DNA of 64,000 bases from Gammaproteobacteria bacterium (GCA_965277715.1 OZ255836.1:4096001-4160000), one strand, 5' to 3'. Shown: positions 41,595 through 51,503, counted from the stretch's first letter. Notes: a model not told the origin generated them from the sequence alone. Translations and numbers: made by a program.

Positions 41595-44500
41595 GTGCAG
41601 TTGAGACTTAGCGTGGCGTTACGCTACGGCTTACTATTGGGTTTGTGTGTGGGGTGGCTGCCGTTGGGGGTAGTGGCGGATGCTGTGCGACCGGCTTTGG
41701 TGCCTGCGGGTGAGCAGTTGGCTAGTGGTGAAGGGGCGTTGGATAGTTTGGCTCGGCGTTTGAATACACGCTTGGGCACTGTCCATCACGCGGCCTTCAG
41801 CCCGCAGGGAGATCGCATCGTTACGGCATCGAGTGATAACACTGCGCGGCTGTGGAATGCAGACAATGGCGAACTGATTGTGGTGCTTGAGGGGCATACG
41901 GATTGGGTTAATCACGCGGCTTTCAGCCCGCAGGGAGATCGAATCGTTACGGCATCGGATGATAATACTGCGCGGTTATGGAACGCAGACAATGGCGAAC
42001 TGATTGCGGTGCTTGAGGGGCATACGGGCAGAGTTTATCACGCGGCCTTCAGCCCGCAGGGAGATCGCATCGTTACGGCATCGGGTGATGATACTGCGCG
42101 GCTGTGGAACGCAGACGATGGTGAACTGATCGATGTGCTTAAGGGGCATACGGATTGGGTTAATCACGCGGCTTTCAGTCCACAGGGAGATCGAATCGTT
42201 ACGGCATCGGATGATAATACTGCGCGGTTATGGAACGCAGACAATGGCGAACTGATTGCGGTGCTTGAGGGGCATACGGGCAGAGTTTATCACGCGGCCT
42301 TCAGCCCGCAGGGAGATCGCATCGTTACGGCATCGGGTGATGATACTGCGCGGCTGTGGAACGCAGACGATGGTGAACTGATCGATGTGCTTAAGGGGCA
42401 TACGGATTGGGTTAATCACGCGGCTTTCAGTCCACAGGGAGATCGAATCGTTACGGCATCGGATGATAATACTGCGCGGTTATGGAACGCAGACAATGGC
42501 GAACTGATTGCGGTGCTTGAGGGGCATACGGGCAGAGTTTATCACGCGGCCTTCAGCCCGCAGGGAGATCGCATCGTTACGGCATCGGGTGATGATACTG
42601 CGCGGCTGTGGAACGCAGACGATGGTGAACTGATCGATGTGCTTAAGGGGCATACGGATTGGGTTAATCACGCGGCTTTCAGTCCACAGGGAGATCGAAT
42701 CGTTACGGCATCGGATGATAATACTGCGCGGTTATGGAACGCAGACAATGGCGAACTGATTGCGGTGCTTGAGGGGCATACGGGCAGAGTTTATCACGCG
42801 GCCTTCAGCCCGCAGGGAGATCGCATCGTTACGGCGTCGAGAGATAACACTGCGCGGCTGTGGAACGCGGGCGATGGCGAACTGATCGCGGTGCTTGAGG
42901 GGCATACGGGCAGAGTTTATCACGCGGCTTTCAGCCCGCAGGGAGATCGCATCGTTACGGCATCGAGAGATAACACTGCGCGGCTGTGGAATGCAGACAA
43001 TGGCGAACTGATTGTGGTGCTTGAGGGGCATACGAGTTGGGTTTATCACGCGGCCTTCAGCCCGCAGGGAGATCGCATCGTTACGGCATCGAGAGATAAC
43101 ACTGCGCGGCTGTGGAATGCAGACAATGGCGAACTGATTGTGGTGCTTGAGGGGCATAGGAATAGGTTTTATCACGCGGCCTTCAGCCCGCAGGGAGATC
43201 GCATCGTTACGGTATCGGGTGATGATACTGCGCGGCTGTGGAATGCAGACGATGGTGAACTGATCGATGTGCTTAAGGGGCATACGGATTGGGTTAATCA
43301 CGCGGCTTTCAGTCCACAGGGAGATCGAATCGTTACGGCATCGGGAGATAACACTGCGCGGCTGTGGAATGCAGACAATGGCGAACTGATTGTGGTGCTT
43401 GAGGGGCATAGGAATAGGGTTTCTCACGCGGCCTTCAGCCCGCAGGGAGATCGCATCGTTACGGCATCGGGTGATGATACTGCGCGGCTGTGGAATGCAG
43501 ACAATGGCGAACTGATTGCGGTGCTTGAGGGGCATAGGAATAGGGTTTCTCACGCGGCCTTCAGCCCGCAGGGAGATCGTATCGTTACGGCATCTAGGGG
43601 TAAGACTGTGCGGCTGTGGAGCGCAGACGATGGCGAACTGATCGCGGTGTTTGAGGGGCATACGGATCGGGTTACTCACGCAGCCTTCAGCCCGCAGGGT
43701 AATCGCATTGTCACCGCCTCATTCGATGGCAGTATAAGACTATGGGACACAGATACAGCTAAACCGCTACGGCTTATGGTGGCCACCAGCAACGGCCAAT
43801 GGCTAAACTGCCAGGCGAACGGCCATTGCTTACGCCACGACGATGGCACATTGTTTTGGCCGCCTCTACCTCCCCAGGCCACAGGCGGTAAACTGAGCCT
43901 GGAAAATCTGCCCGAGGCGACAATCGACACCTGTATGTCGCTGCCTTGCGAGCCACGCGACTTTGTTGTCGGGATTCGCAATACCGGCACCGCGCCACTC
44001 TATTGGCTACAAGTGGTCTCGGCAGAAAGCGGCCCTGTCTCACTGTCATTACCCCCACCGCCGTTACCGCCATTGCACCCCGATGATCATGTTGAGCTAA
44101 GCATACGCCTGGCCAGCGTAGCACCCACACAGCAACCCCAGCGCCAAAACACCAGTATAAAATTGGCTATTCGCCACGCCCATGGCGAATTACCAATAGA
44201 CCTGCCAGTAACCGTGCGCACCCCAGAGATTACTCTGCTGGAAGCCAGCCTGACAGAAAACCGCGAAACCATCGCAGTGCAGGTGAGTAACCACGGCGGG
44301 GTTTCACTATCCCAGGCGGTTGCAGAGGCCGCCATCAATGGCCAGGCGATACCCGGTAGCCTTAACCTTCCAGTGCTTCCGGGCAATATGTCGAAACCAC
44401 AACAATTGGCTTTTACGGCGCCCGCAGATTTTAACTACCCGGACGACACTGAGTTCACTTTGCAGTTGCGCAACGCCAACTACCCCCATTATCAGTGGAC

Positions 44501-46217
44501 ACTCAAACACCCGCTCACCCTGCCCTGGCAACTCTATACCTTGCTGGCAGCACTGATTCTGGTGCTTGGCGGGCTGGCCTGGTTTGTCGGTGTGCGCTGG
44601 CATCCACTGGTGCGGCTGGCGGTTAATCAAGGCCCCACCGCGCTGGCACTGCCCCAGCTGGGCCAGGCGCGCCGCTGGCTGCAACGCGCCCGCCTGTGGC
44701 GGGATACCGTGCAGGCGCAAGGGCTGGCAGCGCGCTGGCAAAGCGCCGAGGCGTTTTTGGCCTGCCCTGACCCGGTGCAGCAAATCGAACAACTGGCCGG
44801 GCGTTTACAGGCCGAGGTGTTGCCCGCGAATGAGGCTACCCCCACCTGGCTGGCCACCTTGCGTCTTAACGAAGGCTTTATCCTGCGCTTACCACAGTGC
44901 ACGGTGGCGCTGCCCGGCGCCGATCATTCTATCGACCAGATCACCACTCAGCTACGCCGTTGCGAAGGTGTATGCCTGCTAATCACCACAGACCCGGATC
45001 AACAGGCCGCGCTGCGCGCCGACCGCCAGGCCACCTGGGTGATACCGGACAACCAGGCTTTGGTGCGCCTATGGCTGGCAGCGGCGGATAAGGTTAACGA
45101 TCAACTGGCCTCTATTATCGCCGAGCAGGTCGATACCCGTAGCCTTTCGCCCTGGCGCACTGGTCACGGTATGGAGGATATGACGATGTTTTTTGGCCGC
45201 GACCAGTTACTGCGCGATATCCTCGAACGACCACCGCGTAACTACCTGCTGGTTGGGGCGCGGCAGCTGGGTAAAACCAGTCTGCTGCAAAAACTGCAAC
45301 ATCTCTGCGATCAGCGCGATACATTGCGTGGCTTTAAAATCTCGCTGGGCTCCGGCCATTTTGCCATCGATTTGCAACGCATCGCTGGGCAGTTGGCGTT
45401 GGCGCGCAACGCCTCTTTGCCAGACATTCTCACTGCGTTGGCGCACCCGCCCGCCGGGATCCATCACTGGTTGTTAGTCGACGAGGCCGACGAGCTGGCG
45501 GGCAACCACACCCCGGAAAATGCAGCGGTTTTAGATCAAATGCGCAACCTGAGCGCCGAGGGCCGCTGTCATTTTATCCTCGCCGGGTTTTGGGGCCTGT
45601 ACCGTGAGGCGATACTGGAGTACCAATCAAAACTGAAAAACTTTGGTGACCTGCTGCTGTTGGATGCTCTGGAAGACAAGGCCAGCCGGGCGCTACTCAC
45701 CCGGCCTATGCACGCCTTGCAGATTCACTACCAGGATGACACCCTGGTAACGCGGATTCTGCACGAGACCGGCGGGCGCACTAATTTGCTGGCTATTGTC
45801 GCCGATGACCTGGTGCGCCGACTTGGCAATCAACGCCGGGTGATTACCGATGAAGATATCAGCGAAGTGCTAAACGATGCGGTGTTTCAGGATCGCCTGC
45901 TCGACTGGAAAACACTATCAGGGAATATACTAGATCAAATACTGGTATACGCTAGTATCGACCTCAACCCACTAGAGCAGGGTTTTACCGAGGCTGAATT
46001 ATGGCAACGGTTGGATGAATTGGGAGACGAAGTATCCGATGATGCCGTACAAAATTCGCTGATTCGTTTACGGCTGGGATTTATCATCAAACGCGTTGGT
46101 GGACGTTACTACTATCGCGTGCCCGTGCAAGTACAGCAAATCCTCGACAGCGAACCGGAGCGTGCCTTGCGTAGATTGCTCAATTCTTTAGTCGGTGATA
46201 TATCGAAACAATGTTGA
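41595..46217 (+). CDS. Signal peptide - 16 WD40 repeats - beta-rich domains - TM helix - STAND/AAA ATPase receptor-like protein
   Basis: Hydrophobic N-terminus ending VVA-DA; GH...WN repeats; TM helix LYTLLAALILVLGGLAWFVGV (about 44530-44595); FFGRD, Walker A GARQLGKTS (45255-45281), Walker B LLVDEAD, TGGRT. Confidence 0.88.
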   Translation: MQLRLSVALRYGLLLGLCVGWLPLGVVADAVRPALVPAGEQLASGEGALDSLARRLNTRLGTVHHAAFSPQGDRIVTASSDNTARLWNADNGELIVVLEGHTDWVNHAAFSPQGDRIVTASDDNTARLWNADNGELIAVLEGHTGRVYHAAFSPQGDRIVTASGDDTARLWNADDGELIDVLKGHTDWVNHAAFSPQGDRIVTASDDNTARLWNADNGELIAVLEGHTGRVYHAAFSPQGDRIVTASGDDTARLWNADDGELIDVLKGHTDWVNHAAFSPQGDRIVTASDDNTARLWNADNGELIAVLEGHTGRVYHAAFSPQGDRIVTASGDDTARLWNADDGELIDVLKGHTDWVNHAAFSPQGDRIVTASDDNTARLWNADNGELIAVLEGHTGRVYHAAFSPQGDRIVTASRDNTARLWNAGDGELIAVLEGHTGRVYHAAFSPQGDRIVTASRDNTARLWNADNGELIVVLEGHTSWVYHAAFSPQGDRIVTASRDNTARLWNADNGELIVVLEGHRNRFYHAAFSPQGDRIVTVSGDDTARLWNADDGELIDVLKGHTDWVNHAAFSPQGDRIVTASGDNTARLWNADNGELIVVLEGHRNRVSHAAFSPQGDRIVTASGDDTARLWNADNGELIAVLEGHRNRVSHAAFSPQGDRIVTASRGKTVRLWSADDGELIAVFEGHTDRVTHAAFSPQGNRIVTASFDGSIRLWDTDTAKPLRLMVATSNGQWLNCQANGHCLRHDDGTLFWPPLPPQATGGKLSLENLPEATIDTCMSLPCEPRDFVVGIRNTGTAPLYWLQVVSAESGPVSLSLPPPPLPPLHPDDHVELSIRLASVAPTQQPQRQNTSIKLAIRHAHGELPIDLPVTVRTPEITLLEASLTENRETIAVQVSNHGGVSLSQAVAEAAINGQAIPGSLNLPVLPGNMSKPQQLAFTAPADFNYPDDTEFTLQLRNANYPHYQWTLKHPLTLPWQLYTLLAALILVLGGLAWFVGVRWHPLVRLAVNQGPTALALPQLGQARRWLQRARLWRDTVQAQGLAARWQSAEAFLACPDPVQQIEQLAGRLQAEVLPANEATPTWLATLRLNEGFILRLPQCTVALPGADHSIDQITTQLRRCEGVCLLITTDPDQQAALRADRQATWVIPDNQALVRLWLAAADKVNDQLASIIAEQVDTRSLSPWRTGHGMEDMTMFFGRDQLLRDILERPPRNYLLVGARQLGKTSLLQKLQHLCDQRDTLRGFKISLGSGHFAIDLQRIAGQLALARNASLPDILTALAHPPAGIHHWLLVDEADELAGNHTPENAAVLDQMRNLSAEGRCHFILAGFWGLYREAILEYQSKLKNFGDLLLLDALEDKASRALLTRPMHALQIHYQDDTLVTRILHETGGRTNLLAIVADDLVRRLGNQRRVITDEDISEVLNDAVFQDRLLDWKTLSGNILDQILVYASIDLNPLEQGFTEAELWQRLDELGDEVSDDAVQNSLIRLRLGFIIKRVGGRYYYRVPVQVQQILDSEPERALRRLLNSLVGDISKQC
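41778..43750 (+). repeat. Intragenic 126-bp WD40 tandem repeat, 16 copies, including a 252-bp higher-order repeat
   Basis: The HAAFSPQG codons recur from 41787 to 43677 (15 x 126 bp). Repeats 2-8 alternate A-B-A-B-A-B-A. Confidence 0.97.
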
Positions 46218-46339
46218 GGAGCGCATAACGGTAGACTGTAAGCGCCCTTAAATCAGCCTCTATTCCAAGGTAATGTCCAAAACGACATTCCAAGGTAGCA
46301 AGGCCTCTATCTTTTCAAGGAAAAAAAAAGAAAAAAAAA

Positions 46340-46440
46340 GGGGTCAAGGCAGTTATTTCCTATATTTCTTGCTGGAAATCACTGTTTTTATCCGTATTAG
46401 TCGTTGTATGGTGAATAATAAGCCTGACCCCCTTGCTTTT
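46340..46440. repeat. 92-bp REP/MITE-like element, copy 1, with CTTGCTTTT tail
   Basis: GGGGTCAAGGC...GCCTGACCCC ends; near-identical to the copies at 50414 and 53242. Confidence 0.92.
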
Positions 46441-46818
46441 AGGCTACGCAAAATTAGCCACAGCAGAAATACAATACCAGCGAGCTGGATGGTTATACCG
46501 AGAACAGCATTCATAAGGGGTTTCTCCAGATTACGCCGGGGGAACCTCCTTCCCTGCCGGGAAGAAAAACCCCGGCAGGGTGGTTAAAACAAAATAAAAA
46601 CAAAAAATAATGGGCTGCTTCTTTTGAGAGACCAGCTATCTCTTAGGGCATACCTATCGGCAACGCCCTGACACTGACCGGGGTCAGCAATAAGTAGAAA
46701 CCAAGATAGCGTGTCCTGCTAGAACGGGCAGTGAAGAAGATGGCAGTTTTTAACACCTATCGCACCGCCACAAAAATACACTGGTACTACCCTGATATTT
46801 TTATCTGGTGGCAATGTT

Positions 46819-47403
46819 ATGGCATCTAAAACCCCCTATTCTCGTCCAACCTTTGAACAATCTTTTACGCTGCACAGCCTTCAGGCCCAGCGGGTGGTGC
46901 AACGGGTGCTGAGGCGTACCGTACACGCCTTATACGGCATTGAAGTAATTTTACGGATTATTGGGGATGAAAAAGCCATTGACGAAGTGGACGGCATTAT
47001 CCGGGACGCGGTAACTCATGCCGCCAGCGAACTGGAGCAGGAACAAAGCCGACTGAATCTTTTAATGGAAGAAAACGGCATTGATGAGACGCCAAACTAT
47101 ACCCACCCGTACACCTTTACGGCCAAAATCAGTTCGCCGCAAATCGGTCAGTTTATAGGACTGATACGCAAACTGGATGCCGTGATGATTGCCCGTGATA
47201 CGCTTTGGTTAACCGGGGTTATCAGCAATCAACAGAGGGCAGATGGGAATTTTGATGGGCAGCAAAAACTTACCCTGCTGGCACGGCATATTATTGATAT
47301 TGAAACGCGAGCAAGGCAATCGGCGAATAGCCAAGGTAAGCAGGAAGAAGTGGAGGCGGTGGTGCCGGTGATGGAGGAAGTACTGGAAGCTGAAGAAGAT
47401 TGA
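46819..47403 (+). CDS. DUF1845/AcaB-like protein of conjugative elements
   Basis: YSRP...SLQAQRV, VILRIIG, LMEENGI, SPQ..QF..LIRKLD, DTLWL recalled from IncC/SXT-type DUF1845 proteins. Confidence 0.75.
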   Translation: MASKTPYSRPTFEQSFTLHSLQAQRVVQRVLRRTVHALYGIEVILRIIGDEKAIDEVDGIIRDAVTHAASELEQEQSRLNLLMEENGIDETPNYTHPYTFTAKISSPQIGQFIGLIRKLDAVMIARDTLWLTGVISNQQRADGNFDGQQKLTLLARHIIDIETRARQSANSQGKQEEVEAVVPVMEEVLEAEED

Positions 47404-47568
47404 GAAGATTAAATAACCACCAACTAAAGTCGGTAAGTCCAATATTGGCTAAGCCGCCATCAGACTTCACATGTCCAATTAACTATCCAGTGGTTGACCT
47501 GCATTACCGGAAGGGACTCTCATCTATTGGAGATTTTGACTTGATTGCATACCCATTTATTTGATCGA

Positions 47569-48714
47569 TTATTCAGCGGTACAGCTAATCGTTTTGTTAG
47601 TCCACGGAGCACCATTCCAAGAATCTTCGACTCCTGGAGAAACTCGGCTTAATAGTTCATCAGATACTTCGCCGTCTCCACCACATTGCTCAAAACTAGT
47701 CTGCACACCATGTACGAATAGGCTTGCAGAATCTCCACAAAGCACTGGCTTATCAATTGATGTCAGCACTGAGCTAGAGAGAAGTACTAACCTGTACACA
47801 GGGTTCAGATAGGCATCGAAACCTGGAATGATATACTGTCCAGCTGGCAATTGAGCAAAGCGTCGAAAACCGGTAAGGGTTTGAAACGCTATCATGTCAG
47901 AAGCAGCCCGCTGTGCAAATGTTTCTAATACACCGTCATCCTCCCAATCTGTAATTGGGTTTGAATGAAGCGCTTCGACTTGACGGGCAGCACATCTGTC
48001 CGCATTGATTTCATTCGGGTTTGGATTGGATGCACAAAACAAATCGTTCGAGGTTTGGAGAGCCAGGATGTGTTGAAACAAGCCAGACGTTTCCATACGC
48101 GACTTTGTGCTTACGGGGCACTTTTCGTTGTTAATGTGATACGTCTCATGACCCACCAGTGAGGCCAGATTGAACGCCATTATGCGATTTTGAATAACTG
48201 CTATTCTGCGTAGATTAGCTGAAACATTGTTCTGCTCAATGCCTTGAAATTGATTGTCAATGAACGTGCGAAGTGGCTCTTGCATCGCCGCAACGTTATC
48301 TGCATGAACGGTCTCGTCTGCATATCCGAACGCCAGTTTGACAGGACGGTCAAACGCAATTCGAAATGACTCATAGTCTGGGTAAGCGCCTTGAACAAAT
48401 TGTATTGCATACCAGCTTGCTACCATGTTCATTCGCTGGAAGGCTGATTGGCGACAGAACATCTTCCCAGGTATTGCTGCGCAAACTGTATCAGGCATGC
48501 TGTCATTGCAAACTGCTCTTCGGATTTTCAAATCCAGTTTTTCACTACCACCTTTTAGAATCGAAGTTAATTGAATCATACTTATGTGTTGCCAATTCGA
48601 CCCGCCAAATGTTTCCTCGTGACAGATTGAAAGTTCAATCTCTGCATTTACCCGTTGAACTGACAATATTTGCACAATCGCAACAAAAAGCAGAATTGCT
48701 CTTGAGCTAATCAT
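47569..48714 (-). CDS. Exported Cys-rich protein with an HExxH zinc-metallopeptidase motif
   Basis: Signal peptide from ATG 48714 (ATGA overlap with the upstream gene), GHETYH and downstream EINAD (M48-like). Confidence 0.65.
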   Translation of the reverse strand: MISSRAILLFVAIVQILSVQRVNAEIELSICHEETFGGSNWQHISMIQLTSILKGGSEKLDLKIRRAVCNDSMPDTVCAAIPGKMFCRQSAFQRMNMVASWYAIQFVQGAYPDYESFRIAFDRPVKLAFGYADETVHADNVAAMQEPLRTFIDNQFQGIEQNNVSANLRRIAVIQNRIMAFNLASLVGHETYHINNEKCPVSTKSRMETSGLFQHILALQTSNDLFCASNPNPNEINADRCAARQVEALHSNPITDWEDDGVLETFAQRAASDMIAFQTLTGFRRFAQLPAGQYIIPGFDAYLNPVYRLVLLSSSVLTSIDKPVLCGDSASLFVHGVQTSFEQCGGDGEVSDELLSRVSPGVEDSWNGAPWTNKTISCTAE

Positions 48715-49055
48715 TTCAGTGCACCAATTAATGTGTCGAGTACCCCCTCGCAATTACCAACATGTATCTGGACGGCGCTTGTCAGCCCCTGTAAGTCTTG
48801 ATTTGGCAATTGGCTTAAGCTTTTTGTTCGTTTTAAGCTGGTCAGACAGTTTTCAACCGGGCCGACTTGTAAGCTTGCCAATTTGCTTACTCTTTCTCCA
48901 CCTGGAGGAAATGCAACAGCAAGAGTCACCCCAGCAGTTAAAAACGCCGATAGAATTGTCCATACATAGGTTCGCTTCTTCCACTTGTCCTCAAGGGCCA
49001 GCTTCAGTTTCTCCAACTCAAATTTGGCATTTTCTAAGTCAGGTTGATTGTCCAT
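48711..49055 (-). CDS. Small hypothetical single-TM protein
   Basis: Coiled-coil N-terminus, one TM segment, two Cys; coupled to its neighbours. Confidence 0.6.
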   Translation of the reverse strand: MDNQPDLENAKFELEKLKLALEDKWKKRTYVWTILSAFLTAGVTLAVAFPPGGERVSKLASLQVGPVENCLTSLKRTKSLSQLPNQDLQGLTSAVQIHVGNCEGVLDTLIGALK

Positions 49056-49068
49056 CAGCTTAAGGTTC

Positions 49069-49587
49069 TTAGGTCTGACCACATTTTAGTGCCGCATCCA
49101 GGTTATCCTGCAAACCTGCTATATCCCAGGTTTCCAGCAAATCTCTAATAAGAGTAGGATCAAGCTCTGTGCCATCTTTTTTTAGGTAATACACCGACGT
49201 ACGAGCACGTTCACGATTGATATCCACCTTATAAGTTAATTCAAAAACTCCTTCGATATTATCACCGGTTGCGTGAAAAAAAATACTGCCAAGGGTTTTC
49301 TCGCGCCTCGGCAAAACCAAACCCTTCAAATTCGTCCAGGCCACAAAAACGCTTTCTATTTTGTCTGTACAGTCAGCCAACTTTGGGATAAAACGGTTTT
49401 GAAAATAGGATGTCTGATCAAAGCCACCGCCGATACCTGGATCTTCAGGATCAGGTGCTGCGTCCAGTGATGAGACCGCCCCGATACTTGTCAACGCAGT
49501 TTTTGAGGTATTATCAGCAAGTGCAAGACCTACATTGGCAAGTAAGCTGATAGTCAACACGACCAGAAGACAAGGAATGTTCAACAT
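49069..49587 (-). CDS. Hypothetical exported protein
   Basis: Signal peptide MLNIPCLLVVLTISLLANVGLALA; first gene of a three-gene unit. Confidence 0.6.
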   Translation of the reverse strand: MLNIPCLLVVLTISLLANVGLALADNTSKTALTSIGAVSSLDAAPDPEDPGIGGGFDQTSYFQNRFIPKLADCTDKIESVFVAWTNLKGLVLPRREKTLGSIFFHATGDNIEGVFELTYKVDINRERARTSVYYLKKDGTELDPTLIRDLLETWDIAGLQDNLDAALKCGQT

Positions 49588-50000
49588 AGATATTTTTTCA
49601 ATTCGTTTGAACAACTAATTATAACTTAACTATTTTGTTTCTGTAGGCCCAAATTATTAACATGTGTTGTAAAAACCAAAGTTCGGTAGACGGTAAGTAT
49701 ACAGTTGTATTTAACCCTAATTCTTAGATAGGAACGTTTAAAGGTTATTGGGAAATGCTTTAATGGCCTGTGACGATTTGGTTTGCTATATTGTGTATAA
49801 ATATACTTTTAGCTTTGCTATACCATCAAAATTAAATTGTTTACTCAACAATATGGTTCCCGATGTGCTCGTACTTCAGGTGTGGCTGACCAAGCATGGA
49901 AAAATAAATATGCAAAGAGTTTACAGCAACAAGTGATTGTTTTCATTCAATTACGAGGCGAGCCATATGTTAATCATTTGCGTTTTGAAGGCTGAAAGTT

Positions 50001-50411
50001 GTGACTGATTTCTTGTTTAAGCACAGCACCACGGTTGGCCAGCCCGGCTATTTTTTGCATGGTTTGTTATTAGACGGAAACCCCACATTCAGTGAAGGCG
50101 TGTACAGGCTTAACCATTGGGCCGTGCGCTTAGGCCGCGATGCGCATTCAGATGAAGCCCGCATGGCTTCTTTGCACGAAATGTATCATGCGACATTGAA
50201 CGACAGTACTGCATACGGAACGTTAATGCATGTGGTGGGATTATTTTGCCGCACCTATCCAGAAGAGAACCAATGGCCGAATCTTTTGCAGGCGCTTATC
50301 GACTCAGCGTTGCGCTGCCATGAAACCTATGCAACCTACGCGTCTGTATTTGTTGTTGGTAAAGGCTCGCCGAACAGAGCTGTGCTCGAACAGTATCCTG
50401 AAAGTCATTAA
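50001..50411 (+). pseudogene. HExxH metallopeptidase-like gene, probably 3'-truncated
   Basis: LHEMYH plus downstream HETYATY; the frame stops 2 nt before element copy 2. Confidence 0.55.
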
Positions 50412-50413
50412 AA

Positions 50414-50514
50414 GGGGTCAAGACAGTTATTTCCTATATTTCTTGCTGGAAACCACTGTTTTTATCCGTATTAGTCGTTGTATGGTGAATAATAAGCCTG
50501 ACCCCCTTGCTTTT
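50414..50514. repeat. 92-bp REP/MITE-like element, copy 2, with CTTGCTTTT tail
   Basis: Two substitutions relative to copy 1. Confidence 0.92.
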
Positions 50515-50736
50515 CAAATTATGCGGGCGCATGCGAATCTCACTGGTGCAGATGCTGATGGTTGGCTGACATCTCGTCAGGTTGCTGGATATCATCATGA
50601 CGTATTTGCAACATATGGATTACCTGCCAGGACTTTTGGTGGAACGCCAATAACAAGCGCTTTGTGGGAGTCAAACATTAATTTTGGAGGTTTTTTGGGC
50701 TACCGATATTGGTGTGATGGATGTGCTTCTCAATGA
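50515..50736 (+). pseudogene. Putative orphan polymorphic-toxin (Rhs-type) C-terminal fragment
   Basis: QIMRAH...YHHDVF..YGLP..TFGGTP...WCDGCASQ* begins right at the element tail; its stop overlaps the next ATG (ATGA). Confidence 0.5.
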
Positions 50737-51437
50737 ATGGGCGTAGTTTACTGATTAGTTGTTTTTTTGTATTGCTTACAGCTATTTCGGTTGGCACGTA
50801 TGCTTTTGACGTAGAAGAAATGAAACTGACACTTGGTGAGCACCAATTAAGTATTCCAAAAAGCAATATTATTGATCCCAATGTACCGTTCTGGCTGCGT
50901 TTAATTCCGGGTTTAGCTCCCAGCACTGGAGAGATTCTGCTCTTGATAGATGCAGAAGATATTGCTAATCAGGTCGAGGGGTATCAAGCGTATGATGGCG
51001 AGTTAAAAAACAATATACATTTGCGTATATCAGTGCTTGATGTGAACGCGTTAAATCAAATTTTAGACCCTCAAATGCATGTCTATAGCGATGCTTGGTA
51101 TGGGCGGGGATTATTGGAAGGTCGTACTATAGAGCTGCATGAGAAGTCTAGATTTTATAAGCTGTACAGAGGAGATGACACATTTTGGACAGCTGTAAAA
51201 ATTTCACCTGATGCTTCTCAGCCTATACCTGACGATCCTTTTGCTTTTTGGGTTGCAAGTTGTCATAAAGGAGAAGCTCCATTGACGAAATCAGGCTTTA
51301 TAACAAGTTGTCTCACCAAGATGGTATATGACAATCTTCTTTTGGATTTTAGTTTAAATGGAATAAATTTAGGTGTAGTAGATGGTGTGAAGACTATGCT
51401 GTCTCGCCAGCTTTTATTATGGAAAAATCAGAAATAA
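50733..51437 (+). CDS. Exported hypothetical protein, candidate immunity protein
   Basis: Signal peptide MNGRSLLISCFFVLLTAISVGTYA; AT-rich; coupled to the upstream fragment. Confidence 0.6.
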   Translation: MNGRSLLISCFFVLLTAISVGTYAFDVEEMKLTLGEHQLSIPKSNIIDPNVPFWLRLIPGLAPSTGEILLLIDAEDIANQVEGYQAYDGELKNNIHLRISVLDVNALNQILDPQMHVYSDAWYGRGLLEGRTIELHEKSRFYKLYRGDDTFWTAVKISPDASQPIPDDPFAFWVASCHKGEAPLTKSGFITSCLTKMVYDNLLLDFSLNGINLGVVDGVKTMLSRQLLLWKNQK

Positions 51438-51477
51438 AAATAAACATTTAGTTGAATGTCAAAACTGAGTTCAAAAT

Positions 51478-51503
51478 CCCTAGCGGCTTGCTAGGGCTTT
51501 TTT
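51478..51503 (+). terminator. Intrinsic terminator, probably bidirectional
   Basis: CCCTAGC-ggctt-GCTAGGG-CTTTTTT, preceded by AAAAT. Confidence 0.75.

Noticed and set aside
41634-43679. Repeated minus-strand ORFs (MINPIRMPLKH...)
   Set aside because: Antisense shadows of the WD40 repeats.
41778-43750. Diversity-generating retroelement acting on the WD40 gene
   Set aside because: There is no reverse transcriptase or non-coding template repeat in the window, and the variation fits repeat shuffling.
46273-46587. 104-aa ORF sharing sequence with the 50230-50736 ORF
   Set aside because: The shared peptide is read-through of the 92-bp element; both ORFs are chimeric frames.
46711-46731. AcaCD-like activator box (GTGTCC...GGGCA) upstream of the DUF1845-like gene
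   Set aside because: Spacing and match are too loose to support without a motif scan.
39258-49587. Gasdermin or other known CHAT substrate near the protease
   Set aside because: None of the neighbouring ORFs shows features I can recognise as gasdermin; a structure search would be needed.
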